Shown in pieces: positions 28,930 through 38,889 of a stretch of DNA of 64,000 bases. This DNA comes from Bdellovibrionales bacterium (lineage in GTDB: Bacteria > Bdellovibrionota > Bdellovibrionia > Bdellovibrionales > DASUEL01). The notes under the pieces were generated by a model. The model saw only the letters and a program-made list of their open reading frames with translations, had not been told where the DNA came from and did no database searches. Where the stretch lies: the NCBI GenBank assembly GCA_050250255.1, contig JBFWOZ010000013.1:1-64000 (forward strand). The letters run 5' to 3'. Position numbers and translations under genes: made by a program. Positions within the stretch are counted from its first letter, which is position 1. Every line of letters starts with the position of its first letter.

Positions 28930-30801
28930 TTAGCTTTTATCGGACTCTGAAGCCTGTATGCGCTTGAACATATTCACAAATTGTTCCAACTTTTCAGGAT
29001 CCTTTTGGGCCTTTAAATCACCCAGGAGCGCTTTCGCCTGCCCCTTGAAATGTCGTTCCCGTAACCTTATTAGACAGTCCGCAAATAACTTGTCCCCTTG
29101 TTCGTCCGTCAAACTAAACTCTTTGGGATTCAAATGAAGGGTAAAGAGTTTTACATCTTCTTTAGAATCTTTTTGTTGTTGGGCGACTTGTGGGTCGCTG
29201 CTGTTTACGTCTGCTTGACTTTCACCCTTAGAGATAAGCGTAGAAGTTAATGTAGCAAAGGCATTTGTATCGTGTCCATAGAGATTCACAATTTCTTCCA
29301 TGAAATGTTTCACTCTCTCATTCGACAACATTTCTATGACTTGAAGGTTAATGACCTCTTTCAAAAACTTCTCTTTCCAGAGAGAGAGATTCAAAAGTAA
29401 AAGCTCTTCTTTTGGAGGCACACTTTTTGCTAAGCTCTTTTTCATAGGAGAATTTTGATTTCTTGGCATGAAATTTGGCGCAAGTTTCTCTCGAGAAGCT
29501 GCTCCACCACCAACAATTTGCTGAATCCAATTTCGATCCACCGCAAAACGCTTCGCCATTTCTGAAACGTAGAGATCACGCAGTCGAAGATCCTTCATGG
29601 ATTTCAAAATAGGGCCGAGTTCATCAAGCACTCGCACTTTTGCAGAAGGCTCTGTACCAAACGCCTTTTTTCTCTCTTCAAAGAAGCTCAAAAATAAATC
29701 AGGAGCCTCTTTTGCAAGCTGTCTTAAGCGCTCCGCGCCATGTTCGGGGCTATGAACAAAATCATCGGGGTCCATTTTATTCGGGAGTAAGATCGATTTT
29801 GGGTACATTCCCTCGGCGAGGAGGATCGGGAGGCTTCTTGCCACCGCTTTTTGTCCCGCGCTGTCGCCATCAAACAAAAGCACCGTATTTTTCGTAAAGC
29901 GTCTTAAGAGATGGGAATGGTCCGAGGTTAACGCGGTCCCCAGTACGGCCACCACATTCTTAATTCCCTTCGAGTAAAGAGCTAAGAAGTCCATATAGCC
30001 CTCAACGACAAACACAAAGTCATCACCCTTAAGGTACTTAGAAGTCTCGTTAAGACCATATAAGGTACGGCCCTTGGAGAAAACAGGAGACTCCGAACTG
30101 TTGAGATATTTTGGCATCTGGTCGTCCGTAAGAGATCGACCACCAAAGCCCACCACATGCCCATTGGTTGAAAGAATGGGGAACATCAAACGATCTCGAA
30201 AAAGATCGTAATATCCCGAAGCATCTTGTCTTTTTTTACAAAGCCCGAGCTCTTCGATCTGCTCTACCGCATGACCCAAGCTCTTGAGATGTTTGAGTAG
30301 ACCGTCCCAGTCTGCAGAAGAGTAACCGACCATGAAGGTGTTAATCATCTCTTCGGTTAAGCCACGCTTAGAAGCATAGGCTCGCGCAGGGTGCGTAGGA
30401 ATAAGTTCTAAAAAATTACGGTGATAATAAATGGCTGCGTCTTGATTGATTTTGTAGAGCTTACGCTGCTTATCTTGTTGAGCGCGATCTTTGTCGAAGT
30501 TTTCTGTGACCGGAAGCGGGATCGAAGCGCGATCCGCGAGAAATTCAATCGCTTCAGGAAAACTCATTCCCTGATATTCTTTGAGAAAAGTAAAAGCGTT
30601 TCCGTTTTTACCGCAACCAAAGCAGTAATACACTTGCTTCAATTCGCTAACAGAAAAACTCGGTGTCTTCTCTCGGTGTGAGGGGAAGGGACACAACCCC
30701 AGCAAACCCGATCCAGATTTTTTGAGTTCAGTATACTGCGAGAGAAGTTCAACGATGTTCGTTGAGTCTCGCACTTTTTCGATAAAATCCTGTGAATACA
30801 C
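28930..30801 (-). CDS. dnaG: DNA primase
   Basis: CPFPSH..CFGC zinc finger, KYLNS, EGYMD, FDGD, DPDD. Confidence 0.98.
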   Translation of the reverse strand: MYSQDFIEKVRDSTNIVELLSQYTELKKSGSGLLGLCPFPSHREKTPSFSVSELKQVYYCFGCGKNGNAFTFLKEYQGMSFPEAIEFLADRASIPLPVTENFDKDRAQQDKQRKLYKINQDAAIYYHRNFLELIPTHPARAYASKRGLTEEMINTFMVGYSSADWDGLLKHLKSLGHAVEQIEELGLCKKRQDASGYYDLFRDRLMFPILSTNGHVVGFGGRSLTDDQMPKYLNSSESPVFSKGRTLYGLNETSKYLKGDDFVFVVEGYMDFLALYSKGIKNVVAVLGTALTSDHSHLLRRFTKNTVLLFDGDSAGQKAVARSLPILLAEGMYPKSILLPNKMDPDDFVHSPEHGAERLRQLAKEAPDLFLSFFEERKKAFGTEPSAKVRVLDELGPILKSMKDLRLRDLYVSEMAKRFAVDRNWIQQIVGGGAASREKLAPNFMPRNQNSPMKKSLAKSVPPKEELLLLNLSLWKEKFLKEVINLQVIEMLSNERVKHFMEEIVNLYGHDTNAFATLTSTLISKGESQADVNSSDPQVAQQQKDSKEDVKLFTLHLNPKEFSLTDEQGDKLFADCLIRLRERHFKGQAKALLGDLKAQKDPEKLEQFVNMFKRIQASESDKS

Positions 30802-31247
30802 TAGCTGAGTTTACTTTTGATGATTTCGCTAAGGAGTTTATTATCAGCGGTGCCCGCAAGCTTTGCGACGGATTCTTTCATAACGGCCCCCATGTCTTTG
30901 ATAGACGTGGCTTTCAATGCTGCAATGACTTCGATGACCACTTTTTCTGTTTCTTCTTTGCTCGCCGCTTTTGGAAGATATTGTTCCAAAATAGAGAGTT
31001 CGGCAGTTTCTTTGGCGACTAAGTCTTGGCGACCAGCGGCCTGAAACTGATCGATAGATTCTTTTCTTTGTTTCGCGAGCTTTTTAATAACGGCGTTGAT
31101 CTCTTCTTCTTTGATGGGATTTGGCCGAAGTTCAATTTCACGATTTTTAATCGCTGCTTGAAGAAAGCGAATCGCATCCATTCTAGCTTGGTCGCGAGCT
31201 TTCATTGCTACTTTGATGTCTTCCATGATTTTCGCACGAATGGACAT
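30801..31247 (-). CDS. yqeY: GatB/YqeY domain protein
   Basis: AMKARD, KQRKESIDQF..AGR.DL, DMGAVM; start ATG 31247. Confidence 0.93.
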   Translation of the reverse strand: MSIRAKIMEDIKVAMKARDQARMDAIRFLQAAIKNREIELRPNPIKEEEINAVIKKLAKQRKESIDQFQAAGRQDLVAKETAELSILEQYLPKAASKEETEKVVIEVIAALKATSIKDMGAVMKESVAKLAGTADNKLLSEIIKSKLS

Positions 31248-31263
31248 GAGAGATCCCCCTGAG

Positions 31264-31300
31264 AAAAAGAAAAAGCCGCAGAACAAAAAAATTCTGCAGC
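31264..31300 (-). terminator. Intrinsic terminator after rpsU
   Basis: GCTGCAGAA...TTCTGCGGC followed by a T-rich tract on the minus strand. Confidence 0.7.
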
Positions 31301-31316
31301 TAAAATATAAATAAAA

Positions 31317-31514
31317 TTAGTAATCACCCTTACGAGTTTTTTTGAGAGCGCGCTTTCGAGCAGCGATCGACTTCTTCTTAAGTCTTACGCTCGGCTTTTC
31401 GTAGTGTTCACGCTTTTTGAGTTCAGACAAGATGCCTGACTTCTCTACTTGTTTCTTGAATCGACGAAGAGCTTGTTCAAAACCTTCACCGTCACGAATT
31501 CTAACAAATGCCAT
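31317..31514 (-). CDS. rpsU: 30S ribosomal protein S21
   Basis: [15 protein letters not shown]. Confidence 0.98.
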   Translation of the reverse strand: MAFVRIRDGEGFEQALRRFKKQVEKSGILSELKKREHYEKPSVRLKKKSIAARKRALKKTRKGDY

Positions 31515-31633
31515 GAAAAATCACCACCTCTCGAGAGCCTTTTATTGGGGCCCGGAATAGTCAAAAGTGCGCCTACCTTAACAACGCGGTGACCCTAGAG
31601 TCAATGGGATAGCCTATTGAAAACGCACCATTT

Positions 31634-32437
31634 TTAGCGGCGGCAGTTGGGAGTTTTCCCGCTTTTTCGGGCGGCTTCATACTTTGCCATCGATTCTCCC
31701 ATGTGAGCATTGAGCCCACTAATACGGGTCGAGTGCGAAGGATGAGTGGATAAAAATTCAGGGGGCGCATTACCGCCAGCCTGAGCCATGTTTTCCCAGA
31801 GTTTAACGCTTTCTCGGGGGTCAAAACCAGCATGGGCCATCAAATCGAGCCCGATCACATCAGATTCTGACTCTTGGGACCTTCCATGGGGAAGCAAAAC
31901 GCCGACCTGGGCGCCAACTCCCATAAGGGCCAAAACCCATTGTTTATCTTTCAAATTTTCACCGCCCAGCATCGCGACCCCCATCATGGCTCCCTGAGTG
32001 GCCATGGCAGCGGAAACACGCTCATTGCTGTGACGGGCAATCACATGTCCTACTTCGTGGCCTAAAACCGCCGCCAATTGGTCGGGAGTTTTTGCTACCT
32101 CTAAAATCCCAGTGTGAACACCGATCTTTCCACCCGGAAGGGCAAAAGCATTGGCCGACCTGTCTTGGAAAACTACGACATCCCACTGATCCGTATCTGT
32201 ACGACCCTTTGCTTCGTTCGCGACGGCCATCGCTACACATTTGACGTAGGCGTTGATCTTAGGATCTTTCTCGACGGGCTTCTGTTTTTTAATTTCGTTA
32301 AAACTTGCCACACCTAATTCATTCATTTGCGAATCAGGAAGAAGCATCAGTTGCGATCGACCTGTTGGAGAAGTCGCGCAGGAATTTAAGAAGGAGACAC
32401 ATAAAATAAGAATCAAAATGAGTTTTGTGTTTTTCAT
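31634..32437 (-). CDS. M48 family metallopeptidase lipoprotein (LoiP/YfgC-like)
   Basis: Lipobox LNSC, NAFALPGG, HEVGH, ESESD, FLSTHP; start ATG 32437. Confidence 0.93.
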   Translation of the reverse strand: MKNTKLILILILCVSFLNSCATSPTGRSQLMLLPDSQMNELGVASFNEIKKQKPVEKDPKINAYVKCVAMAVANEAKGRTDTDQWDVVVFQDRSANAFALPGGKIGVHTGILEVAKTPDQLAAVLGHEVGHVIARHSNERVSAAMATQGAMMGVAMLGGENLKDKQWVLALMGVGAQVGVLLPHGRSQESESDVIGLDLMAHAGFDPRESVKLWENMAQAGGNAPPEFLSTHPSHSTRISGLNAHMGESMAKYEAARKSGKTPNCRR

Positions 32438-32484
32438 AGGAAGCAGATTAGTCCGAGAGCGTAAAGGTTGCCAGTGAAAAACCT

Positions 32485-32955
32485 TTAATTTTTGCTCTGC
32501 CTCAAGCTTGCGAAAAAGGAACTTAGTATTTGTCCGCACTCTTCAGCCATCACGCCACCCGTCACCTGAGGACGATGATTCAGCCTGGCATCAGAAAGGG
32601 ATTGGTAGAGGGACTCCACTGCACCCGCTTTTGGATCTTTCGCTCCGTACACTACATGTTCTATTCGCGAATTAATGATGGCACCTGCACACATGAGACA
32701 AGGTTCCAGCGTCACATATAAAGTGCAACCCGTAAGTCGCCAGCGACCTAATTTTTGCGCAGCTTCTTCAATCGCAATTTTTTCGGCATGAGCAAGAGGA
32801 TGTTTTTGGGATTCTCTTAAATTGTAGCCTGCCCCCACGATTTTATTTTCAAACACCACAACAGCGCCGATAGGAACTTCTTTGAATACTTCCGCTTTTT
32901 TCGCGAGCTCTAAAGCTTGGGTCATAAATGGAAAGTGTGAGGAATGGTCGCTCAT
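32485..32955 (-). CDS. tadA: tRNA adenosine(34) deaminase
   Basis: EVPIGAV, HAE, TLEPCLMC, FF..LR. Confidence 0.95.
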   Translation of the reverse strand: MSDHSSHFPFMTQALELAKKAEVFKEVPIGAVVVFENKIVGAGYNLRESQKHPLAHAEKIAIEEAAQKLGRWRLTGCTLYVTLEPCLMCAGAIINSRIEHVVYGAKDPKAGAVESLYQSLSDARLNHRPQVTGGVMAEECGQILSSFFASLRQSKN

Positions 32956-34400
32956 TGCACGGCTTGGGACATTTTTAAGTTATAGTCGTTAAGATATTTA
33001 CGCATTTCTTCGTCAAACTTTTGAGGATCTACGATACCATTGTTTTCCAGAGCACTCATCTTCTCCAAAAGTTCAAACTTAGGATTGGTTTCTGAAACGA
33101 CACCTGTTTTCGGATCATGTTTTACAATGGTCGCACGCCCCTCTTCTGGAAGAAGCATGGGGAGTACAACACCGGCACCCACAACCATCATAGTCATCCA
33201 GACACTTCCACGGACAAGTTTTCTAGGAGATTTGACATAGGTCATCGCATATTTTGTAATACCCTCAACCGTCACCATCCCAGCAATACCGAATCCAAAA
33301 ATTTTCCAAGCCTCACGATTGTCTTTTTGAATTTGAAGTTTTACGCCACCTTCTTCTATGCTGTGCTTAAGTTCTGAAACTTTCTGCTTGAAACAAGCAG
33401 GGAGTTCCACGTCAAACAAGTTATCGATGGATTTGTTGCAAGGAGCCGTTGCTACTATAAGAGAATCTTCAAGAACAAAAGGGATTTCAATAAATCGAAC
33501 AGCAAACGTGTAATCCCAGAACTCTTCCAAAAAAATCTCCTGAGATTCTCTATTATTTCTAGGTTTCCACTCTCGCTCTACGTATTGAGCAAACGCTTGG
33601 GTCACTTGATCCTCGGTAAAATCAAAACCTATCAACTCTCTTGCAAATCTTGTAGCCATGGAACTAACAGACGGAGAGCTCCAAGCAGATCCTTGATATT
33701 TTTTTGCAAGCGCCACCCTTAAAGAATTGGGAATTTTAAAAAATTGCATTTCTGCAAGTACAAGAGCAATGGCTTCTTTTGAATTTGGTAGAAGTAAAAT
33801 ATATGCAGGGATTTGGTAAGTGGAGGCCTGGCGGTAACCCATGACTAAAGGTAATTGAGAGAGGAACACTTTTTCTGGAAGGATAGTTGGACACTGACTT
33901 CCATGGGCTGCCAAACACTTCTGATTGAGATATTCTACGCCTTCACGAATTTTGCCTTTCACGCGGGAGACAAAAACATCGTCGGCCATTAAATAAATCC
34001 AGAGGCGGTCAGAATAAGTCTTTAATTTGTTATCATACTCAATCTGTAAATGTTGAACTTCTGCAGAGGCATCGCCTTTCTGAGATAGTGTAGCTAGAGC
34101 GACCGCAACAGGAAGCGCAGCTCTGGTGGCCACAGGGATGGCCCTTTGGCTCACCCACAAACCAAGGCGTGATTTCCAAACTGCCGTGACAATTTCTTTT
34201 GCTTTTGAGCCCGCGTAAACTTTAGCGACCTCACTACCCACTTTTTTTAAGGTACTCGGCGAAGATGTGCCCGCTGCAGTTGCCGTAGCAACTGTAAGAG
34301 CTTGCGTTTTCGCCGGCAGCTCACCAGGCTTTAAAAAAAACGCAGGGGAAGCATGAAGCTCCCCACATAAAAATAAAATCAGAATAAAAACAGTACGCAT
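32952..34400 (-). CDS. Hypothetical secreted protein with C-terminal hydrophobic hairpin
   Basis: Signal peptide; hydrophobic IFGFGIAGMV and SVWMTMMVVGAGVVLPMLL segments. Confidence 0.8.
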   Translation of the reverse strand: MRTVFILILFLCGELHASPAFFLKPGELPAKTQALTVATATAAGTSSPSTLKKVGSEVAKVYAGSKAKEIVTAVWKSRLGLWVSQRAIPVATRAALPVAVALATLSQKGDASAEVQHLQIEYDNKLKTYSDRLWIYLMADDVFVSRVKGKIREGVEYLNQKCLAAHGSQCPTILPEKVFLSQLPLVMGYRQASTYQIPAYILLLPNSKEAIALVLAEMQFFKIPNSLRVALAKKYQGSAWSSPSVSSMATRFARELIGFDFTEDQVTQAFAQYVEREWKPRNNRESQEIFLEEFWDYTFAVRFIEIPFVLEDSLIVATAPCNKSIDNLFDVELPACFKQKVSELKHSIEEGGVKLQIQKDNREAWKIFGFGIAGMVTVEGITKYAMTYVKSPRKLVRGSVWMTMMVVGAGVVLPMLLPEEGRATIVKHDPKTGVVSETNPKFELLEKMSALENNGIVDPQKFDEEMRKYLNDYNLKMSQAVQ

Positions 34401-34405
34401 AAACC

Positions 34406-37282
34406 CTATTTCTTGGTTTTTAACCTCTCACGAGTCATCTCATCTCTTCTCTCGATCGTAGACTTAATCACCGCGCCCTTTTTCACATTGTCGATAATTT
34501 TCTGAGGATCAACAGTTGGCGCCTCAGGTGTTGAAGGATACATACCTTCTTGTTCTGCCGCTTCGTGATCCATATGTTGTGCATCTTTCTCTAGCTCCCA
34601 AATCACTCGCTTGGTATTGTCGTCCAAAAGAATTTCGAGCATTTGTCCATCGACAGCCCCACCAAGCATGGCCTGTAACATTCCACCAGGCGTACTTTCT
34701 GAATCATCAAAAGGATCAATGATTCGTCCGTTAGTGATAAAGCTCACCTCATTGATTTTCTTAGTATTCATGTCTTGTTCGGCTCTCGCTTTTTCAACAT
34801 CCGTTTTGGCAAGCTCAGGATTCATTGGGACTTTACCAATCAGCAATTCTCTTTTTGCAGGAAGGGAGCGGTACTCAATAATAAGTCGAGAGAATATTTT
34901 GGCAAACTCGTAAGCAATGATATCGGCTCTTTGCTCTCGCGTGAGCTGATCTGTTGGCTTACGCAACTCGAAAGGCTTCTCCATGTTCGTTGTTAAGTTG
35001 CCCATTCTAAAAAGGGCTTCCGCAAGATTTTCAGTACGATCAATACTTTGATTCGCAGGATTTAAAAGAGCCTCATTCAGTAGTTTTGACAAATAGGAAT
35101 TCGGCAACTTCAGCTCTAGATACTTTTCCTTCAAGTCGTTAAATTGGAAAATCAATGCTTCTTTAATATTATACTTTGAAATTCCTCGAAAAATTTTGCT
35201 CGCTTGCGGATTCATAGAAATGATGTTGAAAGTCGTTCCCCAAACTTTTAACCACCAAGGTTCCTGGTTCGTGAAGAGAGCTCCGTCAACAATTTTTGAA
35301 ATATAATGTTTCATGGTCCGAGCGTTGTGGCTCATCTCTGTGTTGTACTCTTGTTGTACTCCACGCAAGTAGTTGTCTACCACTTCAGGTATTTTTGCCT
35401 GCTTTACGGCCCCTTTTTCGTCGGTCGTATTAAAAGTTCCCGACTTCATTTGTTGGACAAGTACATCAAAGATCGGTCGATAGACCTTTAACTCTTCTTC
35501 GAAGTAACCTTTATAAAGAGGGTCTTCGTGCCAGCCGATACCGCCCTGTTCAACACCGCCGTTATTTACAAATTCGGTATCTTCCATATCTAAATAATTC
35601 TCTGGTCGACCTACGTTTTGACCTTTTTCATAAGATCTCGCAAACCAACGTAAGTAATTAATGAGGCGAGAGTGCTTCAAGTTAAGATCATCGATCTTCT
35701 TCTGCCATAGTGGCTGCCGCTCATTGAATTCTTTTAAAATCAAACGCTGCGTGTGATCAGCCCAAAGACCTGAGTAATTCTGCAGGGTCGTAGAGAATTT
35801 TTTATATCTCTCTTCTTGCGAAATATTCGCAAATTGCACCACTGGCGCAGGTCCTGCCTTTGCCACCTGGAAAGCACTTACTTTTTGCGGTTGTGGATTA
35901 CGTAAATCAAGAAAGTTCAAACTTTCTTCTACGATATTGGTTTTGAAAAAGCCGTCAAAAAGCATTTGTGTATTTAATCTGAGGTTTTGCTCCACTGGAA
36001 CTCTGAGTTTAGTTAATTGCTTATCTGTAAATAAGAATCGTGTTGCATGAATCGCAGACTTCACTGTCGCCATTAAAGTCTTAGCAATCGCGCCGGAAGT
36101 CACAATTTTTCCTTCGAGCGTTGTCCAAACTGCTCTCTGCTGACCATTCGACATCTGAACTTTTTCATGTATGAGAGGAAGTTGTTCGAGTGGAATTTTG
36201 TTAGCCGCTTTTACTAATTCTTTAATATAGAGATCTTTAAAAGCTTCGCTATGAAGAGCTTTCGACAAGGCCTGAGACATTAAACCCAAACCGCCCACAA
36301 CAAAAAGAAGCTGTGCTATGTGAATCGCCTGATCCTGTACACCTCGGAAGTCGGTATAAAAAGTATCTTTAAAAGCAGCGGTTGCATGTTCGACAAATCG
36401 GCTAATAAAGCGTCTTCGAAGGGGTTCATAAGTATCGATATACTTTTTGTAAATCGCGATTTCTTCTCGAGTTTTATAGTAATCCTGCAAGATCGCTTGC
36501 TCTTCTGGAGTGAGATTTTTCCCAGACATAAGCTGCTGAATGTCTTTCATAGCCTCTTCTGGACTTTTCTCACTTTGTGACTTTATCTGCTCAACCATCT
36601 TCTCGGCTTCGGCCTTTGTCGCAGAACCCTTTTGAACTTCAATGATCTTCCGGTTTGCCACTTTATCAAATAGTGTTTGTCGGATCGTTTTTAAGTTTTC
36701 TTCGAGACTCGTTTTTAATTTTTCAGCTTCCCCAATTTTTTGGCGCATGACATACCAGCCATCAAGCTTCATCGTACTCTCTCCCGCTACCGTAGAGGTG
36801 GCAGAATCCGCACGGAAGAACGACTGAACATCTTTCCACATTTTTAAACGGTTAGGGGAATACCAGAAGTTACTAAAGGCTTTATTTGCCAAACTACCTG
36901 TCACTAAACCAAAGTTAGAAATAAAAGAAGGACCAATATGTTTCCATTGGTTTCTAGCAGCTCTTTGCATGAAGTAAGAATTCGTTCTGTCAGCCGTTAA
37001 AGAAAATACCGCAAGGCTCATCCAGCCGCCCGCATCCTTTAGTGCATCATCAGCGGCCGCTACCAGCATCGGATCGCCACTCAAACGCGCAGAGATCAAC
37101 ATCTCAGCGTACATACCCGCCATAAACCCGATATTACCGGTAAGGAAGTGGTTCAGCTTTCCGGGCTGGTAAGGCGCTCTTACCTGTGGGACCTCTCCAG
37201 CTGCTGTTTGTGCAGAGGAGACCTGAGGCACGGCGAGGCTCAAAACCAACATAATGCTGATTACTGATCGAAGTGTCTTCAT
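34406..37282 (-). CDS. Large hypothetical secreted helical protein (about 958 aa)
   Basis: AGGA RBS and signal peptide from ATG 37282; Gly-rich hydrophobic helices and coiled coils. Confidence 0.85.
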   Translation of the reverse strand: MKTLRSVISIMLVLSLAVPQVSSAQTAAGEVPQVRAPYQPGKLNHFLTGNIGFMAGMYAEMLISARLSGDPMLVAAADDALKDAGGWMSLAVFSLTADRTNSYFMQRAARNQWKHIGPSFISNFGLVTGSLANKAFSNFWYSPNRLKMWKDVQSFFRADSATSTVAGESTMKLDGWYVMRQKIGEAEKLKTSLEENLKTIRQTLFDKVANRKIIEVQKGSATKAEAEKMVEQIKSQSEKSPEEAMKDIQQLMSGKNLTPEEQAILQDYYKTREEIAIYKKYIDTYEPLRRRFISRFVEHATAAFKDTFYTDFRGVQDQAIHIAQLLFVVGGLGLMSQALSKALHSEAFKDLYIKELVKAANKIPLEQLPLIHEKVQMSNGQQRAVWTTLEGKIVTSGAIAKTLMATVKSAIHATRFLFTDKQLTKLRVPVEQNLRLNTQMLFDGFFKTNIVEESLNFLDLRNPQPQKVSAFQVAKAGPAPVVQFANISQEERYKKFSTTLQNYSGLWADHTQRLILKEFNERQPLWQKKIDDLNLKHSRLINYLRWFARSYEKGQNVGRPENYLDMEDTEFVNNGGVEQGGIGWHEDPLYKGYFEEELKVYRPIFDVLVQQMKSGTFNTTDEKGAVKQAKIPEVVDNYLRGVQQEYNTEMSHNARTMKHYISKIVDGALFTNQEPWWLKVWGTTFNIISMNPQASKIFRGISKYNIKEALIFQFNDLKEKYLELKLPNSYLSKLLNEALLNPANQSIDRTENLAEALFRMGNLTTNMEKPFELRKPTDQLTREQRADIIAYEFAKIFSRLIIEYRSLPAKRELLIGKVPMNPELAKTDVEKARAEQDMNTKKINEVSFITNGRIIDPFDDSESTPGGMLQAMLGGAVDGQMLEILLDDNTKRVIWELEKDAQHMDHEAAEQEGMYPSTPEAPTVDPQKIIDNVKKGAVIKSTIERRDEMTRERLKTKK

Positions 37283-37339
37283 CTTCAATACTTCCTTTCG
37301 AAAGAGCACGCGCGAACACACGAACTCCAACTACGCTAG

Positions 37340-37355
37340 TTCAACTGATGTGCCA
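37340..37355 (-). promoter_or_regulatory. sigma54-like promoter (GA variant at -12)
   Basis: TGGCACATCAGTTGAA. Confidence 0.5.
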
Positions 37356-37541
37356 AAACGTAGGCATGCTCACATTCGTTAAGCTGTTGAAACACATTGA
37401 TTTTTTGTAATATTCGAGTGGGAAAGAATTAAAACTAGGTAAACTTTAATCGACTGACAGACAATTTTAGGCTCTGTTCTTTGTTTTTAGATTCAATACA
37501 GAGCACCTGAAGGTCATCGAAGCACTGGTTTGAAAAAGGCA

Positions 37542-37574
37542 AAAAAAAGCTGTTGGGTTACAACAGCTTTTTTT
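37542..37574. terminator. Intrinsic terminator after the 37594-38367 gene
   Basis: AAAAAAAGCTGTTG-ggtta-CAACAGCTTTTTTT. Confidence 0.85.
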
Positions 37575-37593
37575 ATTTCGAATGCTTTATTGA

Positions 37594-38367
37594 TTAAGCT
37601 ACTCGTCCACCTAAGCAGCGGAGAATTTCATCAACAAGTTTCTTTAACTGTTCGGCAAGTTTCACATCACGGGCTTGGATCTCTTTGAAAGAGCGGTACT
37701 CAAGAACTTTTTCGCCTTGCGCACGCTTTACGATATCACCAAGACCTTTTTCTTTTAAGTACTTCACGCCACCTTGAGCTTCTACTTGTCTTTTAAAAAT
37801 TTGGTAAGCAGCAAACTGAAGAGCAACTTCTACAGTAACTGGCTGACCTTGACCGGCTTTTTGTGTGTAGTAGTTCATTGCTTCATTGTTACCACGAGCT
37901 TGCTCACGACTTGCTTCAAGATTGTAACCACCAGCAGCCTCTACTGTTAAACCAGAAAATTCACGACCGTTTTCGCGAACTTGGTTGAGAATTGCGCTTA
38001 CATCTTCTTCTGCTCTTACTTTAGAAATGAGTTCTAATGCGCTTAAGTATTGATCAGCAATTGTATCTTGAGCAGCTTGAGATCCTTTGTTCTTTACGAT
38101 TTCTGAGCGAACACCGTCAAGCTCAGCAAGGGCAGATTTTAAAACTGCATCTCTTGCAGCTGGCATTGAGCGAGCAATCGCATCGAGTTTTCCAGCATCT
38201 TTTTCGTTACGGAAAGAGCGAGCCAAAACATCACGCACTTCGCGCTGTTTTTGGTTCAACTCTACCGCTGGCTTTGCAGCTACAGGTTTTTGACCCACTC
38301 TTGATTGTGCGAAAGCAACCTGAGTTGCCAACATAGTCGCAAGACTTGTAACGATAAATTTATTCAT
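37594..38367 (-). CDS. Hypothetical secreted helical protein
   Basis: GAGGAG RBS; signal peptide ..AFA; own terminator. Confidence 0.85.
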   Translation of the reverse strand: MNKFIVTSLATMLATQVAFAQSRVGQKPVAAKPAVELNQKQREVRDVLARSFRNEKDAGKLDAIARSMPAARDAVLKSALAELDGVRSEIVKNKGSQAAQDTIADQYLSALELISKVRAEEDVSAILNQVRENGREFSGLTVEAAGGYNLEASREQARGNNEAMNYYTQKAGQGQPVTVEVALQFAAYQIFKRQVEAQGGVKYLKEKGLGDIVKRAQGEKVLEYRSFKEIQARDVKLAEQLKKLVDEILRCLGGRVA

Positions 38368-38441
38368 AGTTTCTCCTCATATTATATATATTGGCGATTC
38401 CATAAGTAGCCGCCGTTGTATCTATTACGAGAAGGCTTTAT

Positions 38442-38457
38442 TGCAATCAGCAAGCCA
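38442..38457 (-). promoter_or_regulatory. sigma54-like -24/-12 promoter
   Basis: TGGCTTGCTGATTGCA. Confidence 0.6.
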
Positions 38458-38625
38458 CCCATTTATAGATCCATTACCCTGTTTTTTGCCGAACAGAGCT
38501 TAGATCTATATTCAATTAAGACATTTTCTGTCACCTGCTTCGTAAAATTGAAGAAAAGATGGGTAAAAAGTATAAGTAAGTCCCAATGTTTAGCTCATAA
38601 AAGATCAGTCTCTAAACAACTGTAA

Positions 38626-38827
38626 TGAAACAGAGATCTGTTTTGAAACAGATCAACTTCGACTTCTTTTGAGACAGGATTTAGATGTCTCACGGTGAGA
38701 CACTTTCCACCTCTATATTATATACCTTCTAAAAAGAAGCAGAAGCCGGGCTGGCACATTCTAAGACAAAAAACATTTAGACACCTGCCTTCACCAAAGC
38801 GAATAACTAGGCTTTGGCCGTGTCTCA
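38626..38827. promoter_or_regulatory. Array of TGAGACA-like half sites (candidate enhancer/operator)
   Basis: Perfect TGTCTCA-cgg-TGAGACA (38686-38702) plus half sites at 38626, 38644, 38670, 38762, 38777 and 38821. Confidence 0.55.
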
Positions 38828-38861
38828 GAAAAAGATCTGAATTATATCAAGGGGTTAGAGT

Positions 38862-38877
38862 TGGCTCCGCACTTGCT
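38862..38877 (+). promoter_or_regulatory. sigma54-like -24/-12 promoter
   Basis: TGGCTCCGCACTTGCT. Confidence 0.6.
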
Positions 38878-38889
38878 CTAATGATCTGT

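Noticed and set aside
38695..38889. 65-aa N-terminal extension of the lytic transglycosylase in the ORF track
   Set aside because: It spans the regulatory array and the sigma54-like promoter; the signal peptide starts at ATG 38890.
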